From Octopus sinensis (lineage: Eukaryota), in NCBI RefSeq assembly GCF_006345805.1, contig NC_043000.1:49600001-49664000 (forward strand): DNA of 64,000 nt. The letters are read 5' to 3'. The notes beneath the pieces are model-generated. The model searched no databases, was not told where the DNA came from, and saw nothing but the letters and a program-made list of their open reading frames with translations. Of the stretch, positions 27,584 to 39,699 are shown piece by piece (the first letter of the stretch is position 1; every line of letters starts with the position of its first letter). The position numbers and the translations under genes are program-made.

Positions 27584-27983
27584 TCTCTTTTACTTGTTTC
27601 AGTCATTTGACTGTGGCCATGCTGGAGCACCACCTGGAGTCAAGCAACTCGACTCAGGACTTATTCTTTGTAAGCTTAGTACTTATTCTATCAGTCTCTT
27701 TTGCCGAACCGCTAAGTTACGGGGGACGTAAACACACCACCATCAGTTCTCAAGTGATGCTGGGGGACAAACACATACACACAAACATATACACACACAT
27801 ACATATATATACATATATACAACGGGCTTCTTTCAGTTTCCGTCTACCAAATCCACTCACAAGGCTTTGGATGGCCTGAGCCTATAGTAGAAGATACTTG
27901 CCCAAGGTGCCACACAGTGGGACTGAACCCAGAACCATGTGGTTGGTAAGCAAGCTACTTACCACACAGCCACTCCTGTGCCT
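27584..27983 (-). mobile_element. SINE family A, full length
   Basis: Reverse complement of all family A modules, from the TCTTTTAC tail to the CCTGTGCCT head. Confidence 0.9.
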
Positions 27984-28167
27984 ACCACACAGCCACACAC
28001 TAGTAAAAACACAACAGTTGTATTGCATTTGATCATGGATCTGGTTGATCAGAGTTTACACATTTTTGTTTGTAATGTCACCACTTACAGTAACTTCACC
28101 TTTTAGATTAGCGATCCTTAAAGTGAATGCAACTGTCTTTTCTGTGGAGGTGGTGAGCAGCTATCTT

Positions 28168-28620
28168 CACGATCATGACAAATTTAGAGTTTTCATGCAC
28201 TGGAGATTATATCAATATCATGAAATAAACAGAGAAAGGAGATGCTACAAATATACATAACAAAAAATTTCTGAGAATGTAACCATACTTGGAGACATGA
28301 CAATTCATGCAGACAGGCAAATTAAGGTTAATTGCACTGATATTTTTGTCAAAGACAATCAGGAATAGAAATATTTGCTAACTGATGTGTCAATTCCAAC
28401 AGAAGACATTTTATCTCTAAAAGAAATTGAGAAATTCACCAAATATAAAGAACTGGAAATAGCCATAACCAGAGTGTGGGAACTGAAAATCGAAATGGTT
28501 AATGTAAAAGTATATGCTATTGGAAATATGATTTTAAAGAAAAATATGATATAATCACATAACAAAAATACACAGAAAGTAGCATTATTAGGCACTTTAA
28601 ACATATTATGTATAGTACTT
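28168..28620 (+). pseudogene. R4/Dong-clade non-LTR retrotransposon RLE endonuclease fossil
   Basis: A single frame reads HDHDKFRVFMHWRLYQY...*QKISENVTILGDMTIHADRQIKVNCTDIFVKDNQE*KYLLTDVSIPTEDILSLKEIEKFTKYKELEIAITRVWELK...*...TQKVALLGTLNIL. This is the PD..D..K..KY restriction-like endonuclease layout of R4/Dong elements, with three in-frame stops. Confidence 0.85.
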
Positions 28621-29396
28621 ACCCTTCAACAAGAAAATAGAAAACAAAATACTGCATATACAGAGCTATACTTGGTTGCATAGTGAAAGCACAATAGAAA
28701 TATAACTGAGAAATGAAATATGATTTCTAACAAAGGCACGGGCCACAAATTTGGGGGAAAGGAATATAATTGATCACATTGATCCCAGCACTTAATGACG
28801 GCAAACAGAAATAGCTATTTATTTGTCCTTTCTCTTAAAAATAAAATTTACATGAAAAATTTGAGCTTCCTCTCTTTTATTACATCATTTTATAGCTTTA
28901 TATATAAACAAAAGTGTTCTTTTATGACATTAATAGTTGAGTTTTTCTTATCTTGCTTATATAATCAGTGCTAATAAATTAAATAATAATTGAAATTAAT
29001 GCAAGGAGATATTCTTACATGAACAGTGTTTCTCATGAATAACTTTAAATATTGATAAAAAAAAAAATCCAAAGAATTTTTTTAAAAATGTTATATAAAG
29101 TAAATAAAAAAAGAAAATGCTTTGTTCTTTTCTTTAAAATAGGAAAAAAAAAAAAAACATTGCACAAAATAATATAAGATAAAATATGAAATAAAAGAAA
29201 ATTACACAGGAAGAAAATTTTTGCTTTTCCAAAGTATCTATTGTAATATCATGCTTGCAGACAATACTCAATATGTGAATAATTCCTTGACTCTTTATTC
29301 CAGACTAAAAGAATATTCCCTGGTGGTACTGCAGTCATATTAATGTAGCTATGAATCTCAAATTCAGAAGTAAAAAGAAAAAAAATGTTTAACTGA

Positions 29397-29442
<46 letters not shown>

Positions 29443-29536
29443 GTGATGATGATGATGATGCTGATGATAAAAACTACAACAAAAAGCAATACACTAATAA
29501 TTACAATAATAAAAATGATAAAAATAATGATTTCAA

Positions 29537-29577
<41 letters not shown>

Positions 29578-29719
29578 GTGAGAAAAGAAACTCTTGATGT
29601 ATTTCTCAAACCAATGAATAATAAAGATAATAATAATAATAGTACTACTACTACTACTAATAATAATAATAACAACAACAATGATAATAATAATAATGAT
29701 AATAATAATAATAATAATA

Positions 29720-29750
<31 letters not shown>
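29397..29750. repeat. Compound (TAA)n-based trinucleotide array
   Basis: Direct reading, with GAT, TAC and CAA variant blocks. Confidence 0.95.
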
Positions 29751-30747
29751 TTTTCACTCTTTCAGAAGTCTGATTATAATGGTTATCAGAATTCGATCTA
29801 TTAATAGTGTGAATATATTAATATTATTTAATATTCCTTCTTTCCTACCTGCTTTCCCTCCTTGTTATTTCTCTCTGTCCACATTTCAATTTTCATTTGC
29901 TGTTTCTACTTCCAATCACCCTGTAATGTTCTTTGATCTTTCCCTTTATTTCTTTTTCCTCTCTGCCCCATCACTACCTCACCCCACCCCACCCATTTTA
30001 TTTCTATCGTAATATCTTTCTCACACTTGTTTTCCCATCTCTCTGTCTGTCTGTCTCTCTCTCTCTCTCTCACTGTTATCCTTCATTCATTCTTTCTTTC
30101 ATGCTCTCTATTTCCTTCCTTCATTCCAACTCTTTTTCTTTCTCCACACACACATCTGATTTTTCTTTTTTTTATCTTTTTTTCTCATTTTCTGTCTCTG
30201 TCTGTCTGACACACTCTCTCTCTCTCTCTCTCTCTCTCCAAGGAATTGGAATTAATTACATTCTCACTTTATACCAGTTCCAGTAAATTCTGGTCAATTA
30301 GTGTTGGACATTCTGAAATGGTGTTCTATGGCTGTCACTATTTGGTGATAGTAGCAATATCAACTACCATGTCTGGTCAGTCAGATGATACATAATGAAA
30401 TATAAACTAACATACTGAGAATTGCAAGAACTATTACTTACTGTGATATATCAGGCATTGCCTATGACCTTTCATGATTATATTTCTAATGAAATACACA
30501 ACACATTGTTTTTTATTTTGTTTTTAATTAAATTTGAAACACACACATGGGAAATTTGGCCTGGGGACTATTGCTGCAGCTACCAATAGTTGCCAGAGTA
30601 AGAGAGGGAGAGAGAGTTTACAGAGATATAGAAGAGAGAGTGAAGATTCCATATAAGAGGGGGAACCACTTCTGGTTTTATAAATTTGAAATGAATTAAG
30701 AATTTTGAGGAGTTTAGTAAAATATCCAACCTTTCTAAGGTGAATTG

Positions 30748-31498
30748 GATCTTTTCTATTTGGCTGTCAAGGTCAATTTCGATTCAAATTGATTTCATAT
30801 TCAGTGTAATTATAGGCTAATCAATACCAGGAAAATCGTTTTCTCCATAAATCAATAAATAAAGAGTCATTAGCTATTAAAGTTTGAAAATTTTAGGTAA
30901 TTTTAGCTAATCATAAGCCACAGACATATTCATACCTGTTTCATAGTGACAAGCCCCAAACATGAGAATTCTTTTGTCTGTGAGAAAGCATGTGTTGACA
31001 AATATATTGAAACCACTTGCTGATGCTGTATTCTACTGCTTTTCAGGTGGGTACCACCTGAAAAGTTTACTGATCTGTTTGATTTTGTTTTTAGATAAAT
31101 CTTTTAAGTTTGTGCTATAACTTTCTTATTTTGAGAAATATTTAATTTGTAATGTGCTATTCATCGCATTAAATGCATATTGAAGGCTTAAAACTACAAA
31201 AGACGTGTTGTTTGCTAATAACCTGCATGTAGAGTACAAATATTGACAACACGTGCTATTTTCAGGATGTTGACAAAATGTGCAGTCCTGCACAAAAATG
31301 ACAGCTTCCAAATCTTGTTTTCTGATTGGGTGAAAATGATTAAACTTGAAACCTCTATAACTTTCTTAACAGAATATTTCTGAAAAAAGTGAAATAACTC
31401 CAACAATTCAGCTTGGAAAACCACATTTATGTACCAAATTGAAAATTTTTTGATAAACTTCGATTTTCAAAACCTTGGCAGCCAAACAGAAAAAGATC
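30748..31498. mobile_element. Candidate non-autonomous DNA transposon bounded by ~26-bp inverted repeats
   Basis: GATCTTTTCTATTTGGCTGTCAAGGT (30748-30773) is inverted to ACCTTGGCAGCCAAACAGAAAAAGATC (31472-31498) with 2 substitutions and 1 indel. No TSD recognised. Confidence 0.45.
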
Positions 31499-31608
31499 TA
31501 GTGGATTGGTAACAAGCATATGTTGATATAATCATTATAATTGTAAACATATAGAAATATATATATTAACACAAACTGATATAGCTCATTTATTCTTTTT
31601 TTTTCATT

Positions 31609-31814
31609 CCTTTACTTGCTTCAGTCATTTGACTGCAGCCATGCTGTAGCACCACCTCAGAATGTTTTTAGTCAAAGAAATCAACCCCAGGACTTATTCT
31701 TTGCAAGCCTGGTACTTACTCTATCAGTCTCTTTTGCTGAACTGCTAAGTTATAGGGACGCAAACACATCAACATCAGTCAAGAGCGATGTGGGGGGAGC
31801 AAACACACACATAA

Positions 31815-31875
<61 letters not shown>

Positions 31876-31876
31876 G

Positions 31877-31935
<59 letters not shown>

Positions 31936-32099
31936 TATATATGATGGGCTTCTTTCAGTTTCTGTCTACCAAATTCATTCAAAAGACTTTGGTCAGCCCT
32001 AGGCTATAGTAAAAGACACTTGCCCAAGTTGCTACACAATGGAACTGAACCCAGAACCATGTGGTTAGGAAGTAAACTCTTTACTGCACAGCCACTCCT
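31609..32099 (-). mobile_element. SINE family A, full length, expanded internal (TA)n
   Basis: All modules present; internal tract at about 31803-31942. Confidence 0.9.
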
Positions 32100-32320
32100 A
32101 AAATTTTTGAAAACATTGAAAATAAATGAATATAGTAAATTCATATTTACCAATGTTGGAAATTAACTTATAAACATACCAAAAAATATGAAAGAAATGA
32201 CACTTATAAACAAATAAAAAAATATATATATATGTAAATGCATGTGTGTGTGAATGCATGTATATATACATACACACACACACACATATATACATACATA
32301 CATACATACATACATAAGAC

Positions 32321-32620
32321 AATGAATTCATATTCATACCAACAATAATTGGAGTAATAGGTTTTGTTAGTAAATGCTCAAAAGAGAATCTGGATAAACT
32401 GGGATTTTCAGAAAGAGAAATCAATCGGCTAATTCGTACATTACAAGTGCAATCTGTGAATGGAACAGTAAAAATATGCAAGACTTTTCTCAAGTTCCAA
32501 ATGTGAATTTGCCTGTGTTAACTACGTCCCAAAAATGAAGTCTTGTATATTTGTTGGAAATTAGCTCCCTACTCAGTGGGAGGTTTATATTAATTAAGAT
32601 ATAGAAAAGACTTTCATAAT
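32321..32620 (+). pseudogene. 3' end of an RLE-type non-LTR retrotransposon (ORF end plus 3' UTR)
   Basis: 32321-32506 is open: NEFIFIPTIIGVIGFVSKCSKENLDKLGFSEREINRLIRTLQVQSVNGTVKICKTFLKFQM*. It matches the IPxIIGxxG...LQ...IxKxFL C-terminus of RLE LINEs and is clearly different from the 28168 fossil. Confidence 0.75.
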
Positions 32621-32899
32621 AAGAATAGACTGGAAGAAAGTGTACTCGGCACCAATATGGTGAATAATCCAGTTGTTGTTTCTTTTCTGGTACAGAGGTT
32701 TCATGCTGATGGAGATAACCATTTTCTGAAGCAAAATTCATTCAAAACACACATAACACTCTGTCCAGCTGATCTTCAACCAGCTGGTAAAACTGCATTT
32801 CAGTGAAGTGACCAAATCATAGGTGAGCAATTAATTAGTTAGGAAATGACTAAAATTTGTCCTGTTTATAATTATACCATATATTATGTGAATATGAAT

Positions 32900-32953
32900 G
32901 TATGTATACATATACATATCTCAATGTATGTATTCATATATGTGTGCATAAAT

Positions 32954-33023
<70 letters not shown>

Positions 33024-33024
33024 C

Positions 33025-33059
<35 letters not shown>

Positions 33060-33077
33060 CTATATATATATATATAC

Positions 33078-33139
<62 letters not shown>

Positions 33140-33197
33140 CTATATATATATATAGATATATATATATATATATACATATATACATATATATATATAT

Positions 33198-33256
<59 letters not shown>

Positions 33257-33280
33257 ATATATATATACATATATATATAA
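32900..33280. repeat. Long, nearly pure (TA)n array
   Basis: About 380 bp, direct reading. Confidence 0.95.
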
Positions 33281-33689
33281 TGGCCATCCACTCATGACCG
33301 AGGAAGACCATTGCTGACCTTTAGGAACATTGTGTGCTCTAGGACTAACTTATATTTTGCATTTGTGGCTCCATTGGTGGCAAATGAGCCCTGCTCTTGA
33401 CAAGCATACACAACTGCAAACATTGCAAACCAAACTTTCCCCATTCACTACACACATATATATATATACATACATGCATAATTTTGTAAGTGTATGTATA
33501 TTTTCATTAATTCATTTCTTTAATGTCCATTCTTTCTAATGCTAGCATGTTATGGACAGGAAATGGCTGGATGTTTTTCCTGTAGTCAATCATTATCTGT
33601 TTTCCAAGTGAGGTGTATCTTTATTCCACAGTTCTTTGAAAGCACAGAGCGACTGGCTATAACGTCAACATTAGCACCAATTGATTCAA

Positions 33690-33828
33690 GCAATTTGGAA
33701 TAGTTAAACATTAACACAAAGGATGAAAGGCAAAGTAGACCTCGGCAGGATTTGAACTCAGAACCTAATGGCAGACGAAATACGGCTACGCATTTCGCCC
33801 GGCGTGCTAACGTTTCTGCCAGCTTGCC
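33690..33828 (-). mobile_element. SINE family C, 5' part
   Basis: GGATGAAAGGCAAAGTAGACCTCGGCAGGATTTGAACTCAGAAC...CATTTCGCCCGGCGTGCTAACGTTTCTGCCAGC. Confidence 0.8.
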
Positions 33829-34218
33829 ACTATATATACACACACACACACACAACAGACTTTCTGTAGCTTCTTACATTCCTCGACATGCCACAGCTAT
33901 AGCAGAAGACACTTACCCACAATGCTGCACTAAGAGACTGAACTCAAAATTGCATCATTGTAATATGAACTTTGCAACCATACAGCAATGCTTTTGCCCA
34001 TATTATACAATGTGAATGTGTGTGTATATACACATATATATATATATATACATACACCTATGCATATTGATATGTGTGTATATATAAATATACATTTATG
34101 TACATAATAAAAATGGAAATTTATATATTTCTCTCTAAGTTTAGTATTCACCTATATATATTTTTAAAATCTGTTTCCTTCTGTGTGTGGATGTTTGCCT
34201 ATCAGTATGCTTGTGCAC

Positions 34219-34253
<35 letters not shown>

Positions 34254-34309
34254 ATAGTAACTTATTACTATCATAATCACCATCATTATTGTTATTATTA
34301 CTACTGTGC

Positions 34310-34344
<35 letters not shown>

Positions 34345-34935
34345 GCATTTTATTTAAAATTTTATTCTTCCGTATAAGCTAATCATAGGTATACTGGGAT
34401 AGTTTACCTAGGCTTTTAGCTTCTGATATACCATCAGTATTTTATGACAAATCTGACATCAAAGAGTAAAATGAAAAAAAGGAAAAGAGAAGAAAATCAA
34501 TATTATGACATTAAAAAAAAAGCAATGTTTCTGATATCTTTTACAGAATGTCTTTACTAAGTATCTATCTGTATCCCTGTAGGGTTATTTTACTGTTAAA
34601 AATAGACATTTTCGTATATATACATATATTCTTATCAGTGTATTCCTGATATAGGGGAAAAAACATAAGAAAATTTCACTGCCACTATATTTTTCTTAAA
34701 CTTTATGTGCTTTTGTGTGTATGTGTGTGTTTATGTGTACACACACACACATATATTTATATATATATACATACACACATATAAATGTATGTATATATAT
34801 TTATATATATATATACACACGTACATACACACATATAAATGTGTATATATATATATATAAATATATATATACATACACACATAAATGTATGTATACAATA
34901 TATGTATACATACACATAAATGCATGAATATATAT

Positions 34936-34967
<32 letters not shown>

Positions 34968-35552
34968 TTATATATATGTGTATATATACTTAGATATATA
35001 TATGTAAGTATATATGCATATGTGTATACATATATGTATATTTATACATATATATATGTGTGTGTATATATGCACATACAAACACACACACATCCATAGA
35101 TGCATGAAAATATGTGTGTGCCTTTTTATATTGCTCAGTGACATACTCCAGCTATAAATAATAATAAAAAAAAATTAACACCCTTTTCCTAAGTCATTCT
35201 TTTGTAACTCATGAATTTTCCTGGTTCTGTTCATAAAAAAAAATATATACATCTATATATATATATATATATATATTCATATGATAAAGGAAAGATGTAA
35301 AAATGTTGCTTTTTTCCTCATTCTTACAATAGATCCAGAATAAGCATTTACTTTGATAACAATCTGTCAGTGTGGATGTCTCTTTTTACAAATCCTCAAA
35401 GTAAGAAACATGTTCTCATTGAAAAGATAAGTTAGAAATGAAATGTACTTCGAAAAATACATAACAATTTAACTCTGCAATTATTTTTCAGAATATATAT
35501 ACAGTTTGTATGTATATGTACATATACAGATATATACATACATAGATATATG

Positions 35553-35580
<28 letters not shown>

Positions 35581-35584
<4 letters not shown>

Positions 35585-35994
35585 ATCATTACCAGCGTCA
35601 CCTTACTGGCACTCGAGCCCCGTGTTACTAAGGTGTTAAGAGCACCATCCAAGTGTGATCGTTGCCAGAGCGGCTATCTGGCCTACATGATGGTGGCACA
35701 TAAAAGACACCATTTGAGCGTGATCGTTACCAGCATCACCTTACTGGCACCTGTGCCAGTGGCATGAGTAAAAGATTCGAGCAAGGTCGTTGCCAGTGCT
35801 GCCTGACTGGCCCTGTGCCGGTGGCATGTAAAAGCACCCACTACAATCTCAGAGTGGTTGGCGTTAGGAAGGGCATCCAGCCTGTAGAAACTCTGCCAGA
35901 TCAAGATTGAAGCCTGGTGCAGCCATCTGGTTCGCCAGCCCTTGGTCAAATTGTCCAACCCATGCAAGCATGGAAAGCAGACGTTAAACAATGA

Positions 35995-35998
<4 letters not shown>
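35581..35998 (+). mobile_element. SINE-like family B, longest copy, with four tandem hairpin units and a (GAT)n tail
   Basis: Four GATCGTTRCCAG...CTGG units at 35581-35840, then GGTTGGCGTTAGGAAGGGCATCCAG...GACGTTAAACAATGATGAT. Confidence 0.85.
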
Positions 35999-36041
<43 letters not shown>

Positions 36042-36057
36042 TAAATATATATATGTT

Positions 36058-36457
36058 CTTTTTTCTTTTTTATTTGTTTCAGTCATTTGATTGTAGCCAT
36101 GCTGGAGCACTGCCTGTTGTCGAAGAAATCGACCCAAGGATTTATTCTATATAGCCTAGTAATTATTCTATCAGTGACATTTGCTTAACTGCTAAGTTAC
36201 AGGGATGTAAACACACCAACATCGGTTGTCAAACGTTGGTGGGTGGACAAACACAGACACACAAACATATACACATACACACATATATATATACAACAGG
36301 CTTCTTTCAGTTTCCATCTACCAAATCTACTCACAAGTCTTTGGTCGGCCCAAGGCGATAGTAGAAGACATTTTTCCAAGGTGCCACTCAGTGGGACTGA
36401 ACAATGAACCATGTAGTTGGTAAGCAAGCTACTTACCACACAGCCACTGCAGCACCT
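36058..36457 (-). mobile_element. SINE family A, full length
   Basis: Reverse complement of all modules, with a short internal microsatellite. Confidence 0.9.
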
Positions 36458-36911
36458 AAGAAATAAAAACAAAACACTAACAGCACATGAGTACTTACAT
36501 TGCAAGAGTTTATATATATATTAGGAAAAATATACAGGGTAGGACAATTATAGAAATTTTTCTACCAGTGGCCTAGCATGGAGAAAATAGTCAAAAGACT
36601 ATATATTATTCATATAAATTTAGTGTACATTTAAACATATAAATGATACCCTGACAGGACACCTAACATACTAGAAGGACCAGTCAAAATCCAAACCACG
36701 GTTAGGGGTAATTTGAAGGGAATGAAAAATAAAACATTCACCATATTTTCTTACCAGACCATGATTTCAAACTTTAATTAGCAAATAAAATTATTTGCTA
36801 GGTGAAGTTCTCATTAGTGGGTACATCAAAGATTAACATATAATTATGAGGCAAAATAGGCCATGTCTCATCTTTATATATTATACATGATGATGATAAC
36901 AAAACAAATAC

Positions 36912-37065
36912 TGGTTTCAAATTTTGGTACAAGGCCAGGAATTGCAGGAGTTGGGGTAAGTCAATAACCTAATGCTTGACTGGTTACTATTTCATCGACC
37001 CTGAAAGGATGAAAGGCAAAGCTGACCTAGCAGAATTTGAACTCTGAATATAAAGACAGATGAAA
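36912..37065 (-). mobile_element. SINE family C fragment
   Basis: TTTCATCGACCCTGAAAGGATGAAAGGCAAAGCTGACC...GAATTTGAACTC. Confidence 0.65.
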
Positions 37066-37897
37066 AGAAAAAAAATGCAAGCATAACCAGCAATAACTCA
37101 AAGTGACCAATGGTTTATATATGAATAACATAGACAAATACATGTATATCAAATGCTGTACAACAGTTAAGTAGTTTTAACTGTTTAAGTAACAGCTGCT
37201 GTACATTCTAGGGATGCAATGCTGTTTTGCCAAAAACTTCCCTCTTGCCATATAAAAAAATTACTCTAACAACATTTTTTTTTAATCAGCTAAAAGCGAT
37301 TTTTAAAAAATGAGGAGATTCTTAATATCAAAGAACTATGACTCAGAAAGTAAAAGTATGTTTTTTTTTTCCTATGAAATTTACAAAATCAATGTCTCTA
37401 TAGAGAGCAGTGTTTCTAGTGTGATTAGAAGTAAATTGAACCTAATCAGGATCAAAGATATTTGCTTTAACCTGATTGATTCCTAGAACTAACACTATGA
37501 TTTGAGCTTTTACACTGATGCAAGAATTTTTTTACACTTGAAAGATTCTGGCATCAAAATATTTGCAATACAACTCTGCTATAGTAGACGTCATCAGAGA
37601 AGTAGTCAGCAAGTTATGCTGATGTAAAGAAACTGGTTCGAAACTACAATACTCTTTTACTTTTACGGAAATGTACTTGCATAGCAAGTGACTTGATCTG
37701 AGATCGTGTGCTGGAACGAAAACAATTGCAGCATGGAAGGTGTTTATAAGCCATTTAAGAAACACACAAAACCATTAGATTCACTTCAACGTTTAAATTT
37801 GATTTGTCAAAATGTTTTCGTTTTTTGAGACCGTGACCTGTTCACTGACAAAGCTTTATTTTTCATTATCATTTATTAATGCCCATAGTTCCACATT

Positions 37898-38235
37898 GTG
37901 AAGGCACATGGCTCAGTGGTTAGAGCATCGAGCTTACGATCGTGAGGTTGTAAGCTCGAATCCTGGACCGGGCTGCGTGCTGTGTTCTTGAGCAAGACAC
38001 TTTATTTCATGTTGCTCCAGTTCACTCAGCTGTAGAAATGAGTTGCGACATCACAGGTGCCAAGCTGTATCGGCCATTGCCTTTCTCTTGGATAACACTG
38101 GTGGCATGGAGAGGGGAGACCGATATGCATGGGTGACTGTTGGTCTTCCATAAACAACCTTGCCCGGACTTGTGCCTGGGAGGGTAACTTTCTAGGTGCA
38201 ATCCCATGGTCTGTGTCATGACCGATGGGGGTCTC
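37898..38235 (+). mobile_element. tRNA-headed SINE family D, full length, with an 11-bp TSD
   Basis: A box TGGCTCAGTGG, B-box-like GCTCGAATCC, TGTGTTCTTGAGCAAGACACTT core. Flanked by direct repeats AGTTCCACATT at 37887-37897 and 38236-38246. Confidence 0.85.
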
Positions 38236-39699
38236 AGTTCCACATTTGCATAAGCTGGAAGTAATTTATTGAGATAAATAGATTATAGTAAGGTGTCCTT
38301 TCTGTCATCAACTCTCATCTATTTCCAAGCAAGATTTTATTTTTAATTTTCATGGCTGGACATGTTTCCACAGAAGACTAGAAAAAAAAGACACCGTTTG
38401 TATGATGATGATGCTTGTTTACAACTGACATGTGATGTCAAGACAAAGAAACACAAACAATTTCACACATACACACATGCATACACACACACAAACACAC
38501 ATGTGCACACGCACACACGCACACACACACAATTGGTTTCTTATAGTTTCTGTCTATCAAAGCCACTCACAAGGATTTGATCAGTCCAGGTCTGTTGCAG
38601 AAGACACTTAGTCAGACAAAGTGCCATGAGTGAAAATGAACCTAAGACCATGAGATTCATAAACAAACTTAATTACACAGTGCTGCTCTTCCACAATTAT
38701 AAATATATTTCTCTGGCTCACCTGCTCATACAATCTTCTACTGCATGTTGGGTTGCACCGTATGGTATTCAGCTAGGCTGATGTGTAGTATAACTGGAAA
38801 AAACAAATCTGTGAGTTGAGGCATGTCATTAGCTCATTACTTGTCACCACCACCACCTTCATCATCACCATAATCATCATCATCATCATCACCACTTAAT
38901 GTCTATGTTCTATGCTGATATGGGCTGGGCAGTTTAACAAAGTTCCCATGGGTCCAATGACTGCATTGTGCTACACTGTATGCTTTGGCATGGTTTCTAT
39001 GTCTACTTGCACTTTCTAATGCAAACCACTTTACAGTGTATACTGGATGCACTATTGGGGTCACCACGCAGCTCACAAACCTATTAAATCCAAGGAAATA
39101 GGGGATGCATCTTTATGGTAGATGGAGGTTAAAGTATGAGAGAAGAGGTTGAGGCAGAGCAGGTTCATACTGTTAAGAAGCTACATCCAGGAGAGAGAAT
39201 GAGAACAAATTGATGGTACCTCCAAAGAGATAAATGATAAATAGTAATGATGATGATGTGTCCAGGCAGCATCTCAAGATACAAGGTGAGTAGTAGTGGA
39301 TGGGGGTTTGCAAGAATGGATACGAGGGGGAAGTCAGGGGGAAATTGGAGAGAGGGAGGTTGTAAAGGATAGGAAGATTATTATCAATGAATCACTTAAA
39401 CAAAAATACAAAGCAGCATTGAACCCTAACTTATATCAAAAACAATATAGATTTATGGGATACATTGTATATAACTCCTAATTATTTTTTCATGTTTTAA
39501 TAATTCAGTTCATTACAATAAGCCTCCCAGTACTTGAATGCTTAAATTTTCTGTACAGTTAAATGATGACTACTGATAGCAAAATCTTGTGTAGATGCTT
39601 TTATTCTTTTGGTAATTCTTCATAAGAATATTTGTACCCATGGTTCTGCTTTGAAATCATTTCCCCTCCTTTTCTGAAAGGACAATCATAATGATTCAT

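Noticed and set aside
28620-29750. R4/Dong fossil near a large (TAA)n array, given that Dong targets TAA repeats
   Set aside because: The array starts ~780 bp beyond the ORF end and is separated by unrelated sequence, so it is not the insertion junction.
37803-37852. Hammerhead-like layout on the - strand (TTTGTCA/TGACAAA stem, GAAA)
   Set aside because: The core reads GUGAACA instead of CUGANGA and stem II is broken; too degenerate to call.
37905-37980. tRNA-like sequence with A and B boxes
   Set aside because: No complete acceptor stem, and it continues into a SINE body enclosed by a TSD, so it is a SINE head and not a tRNA gene.
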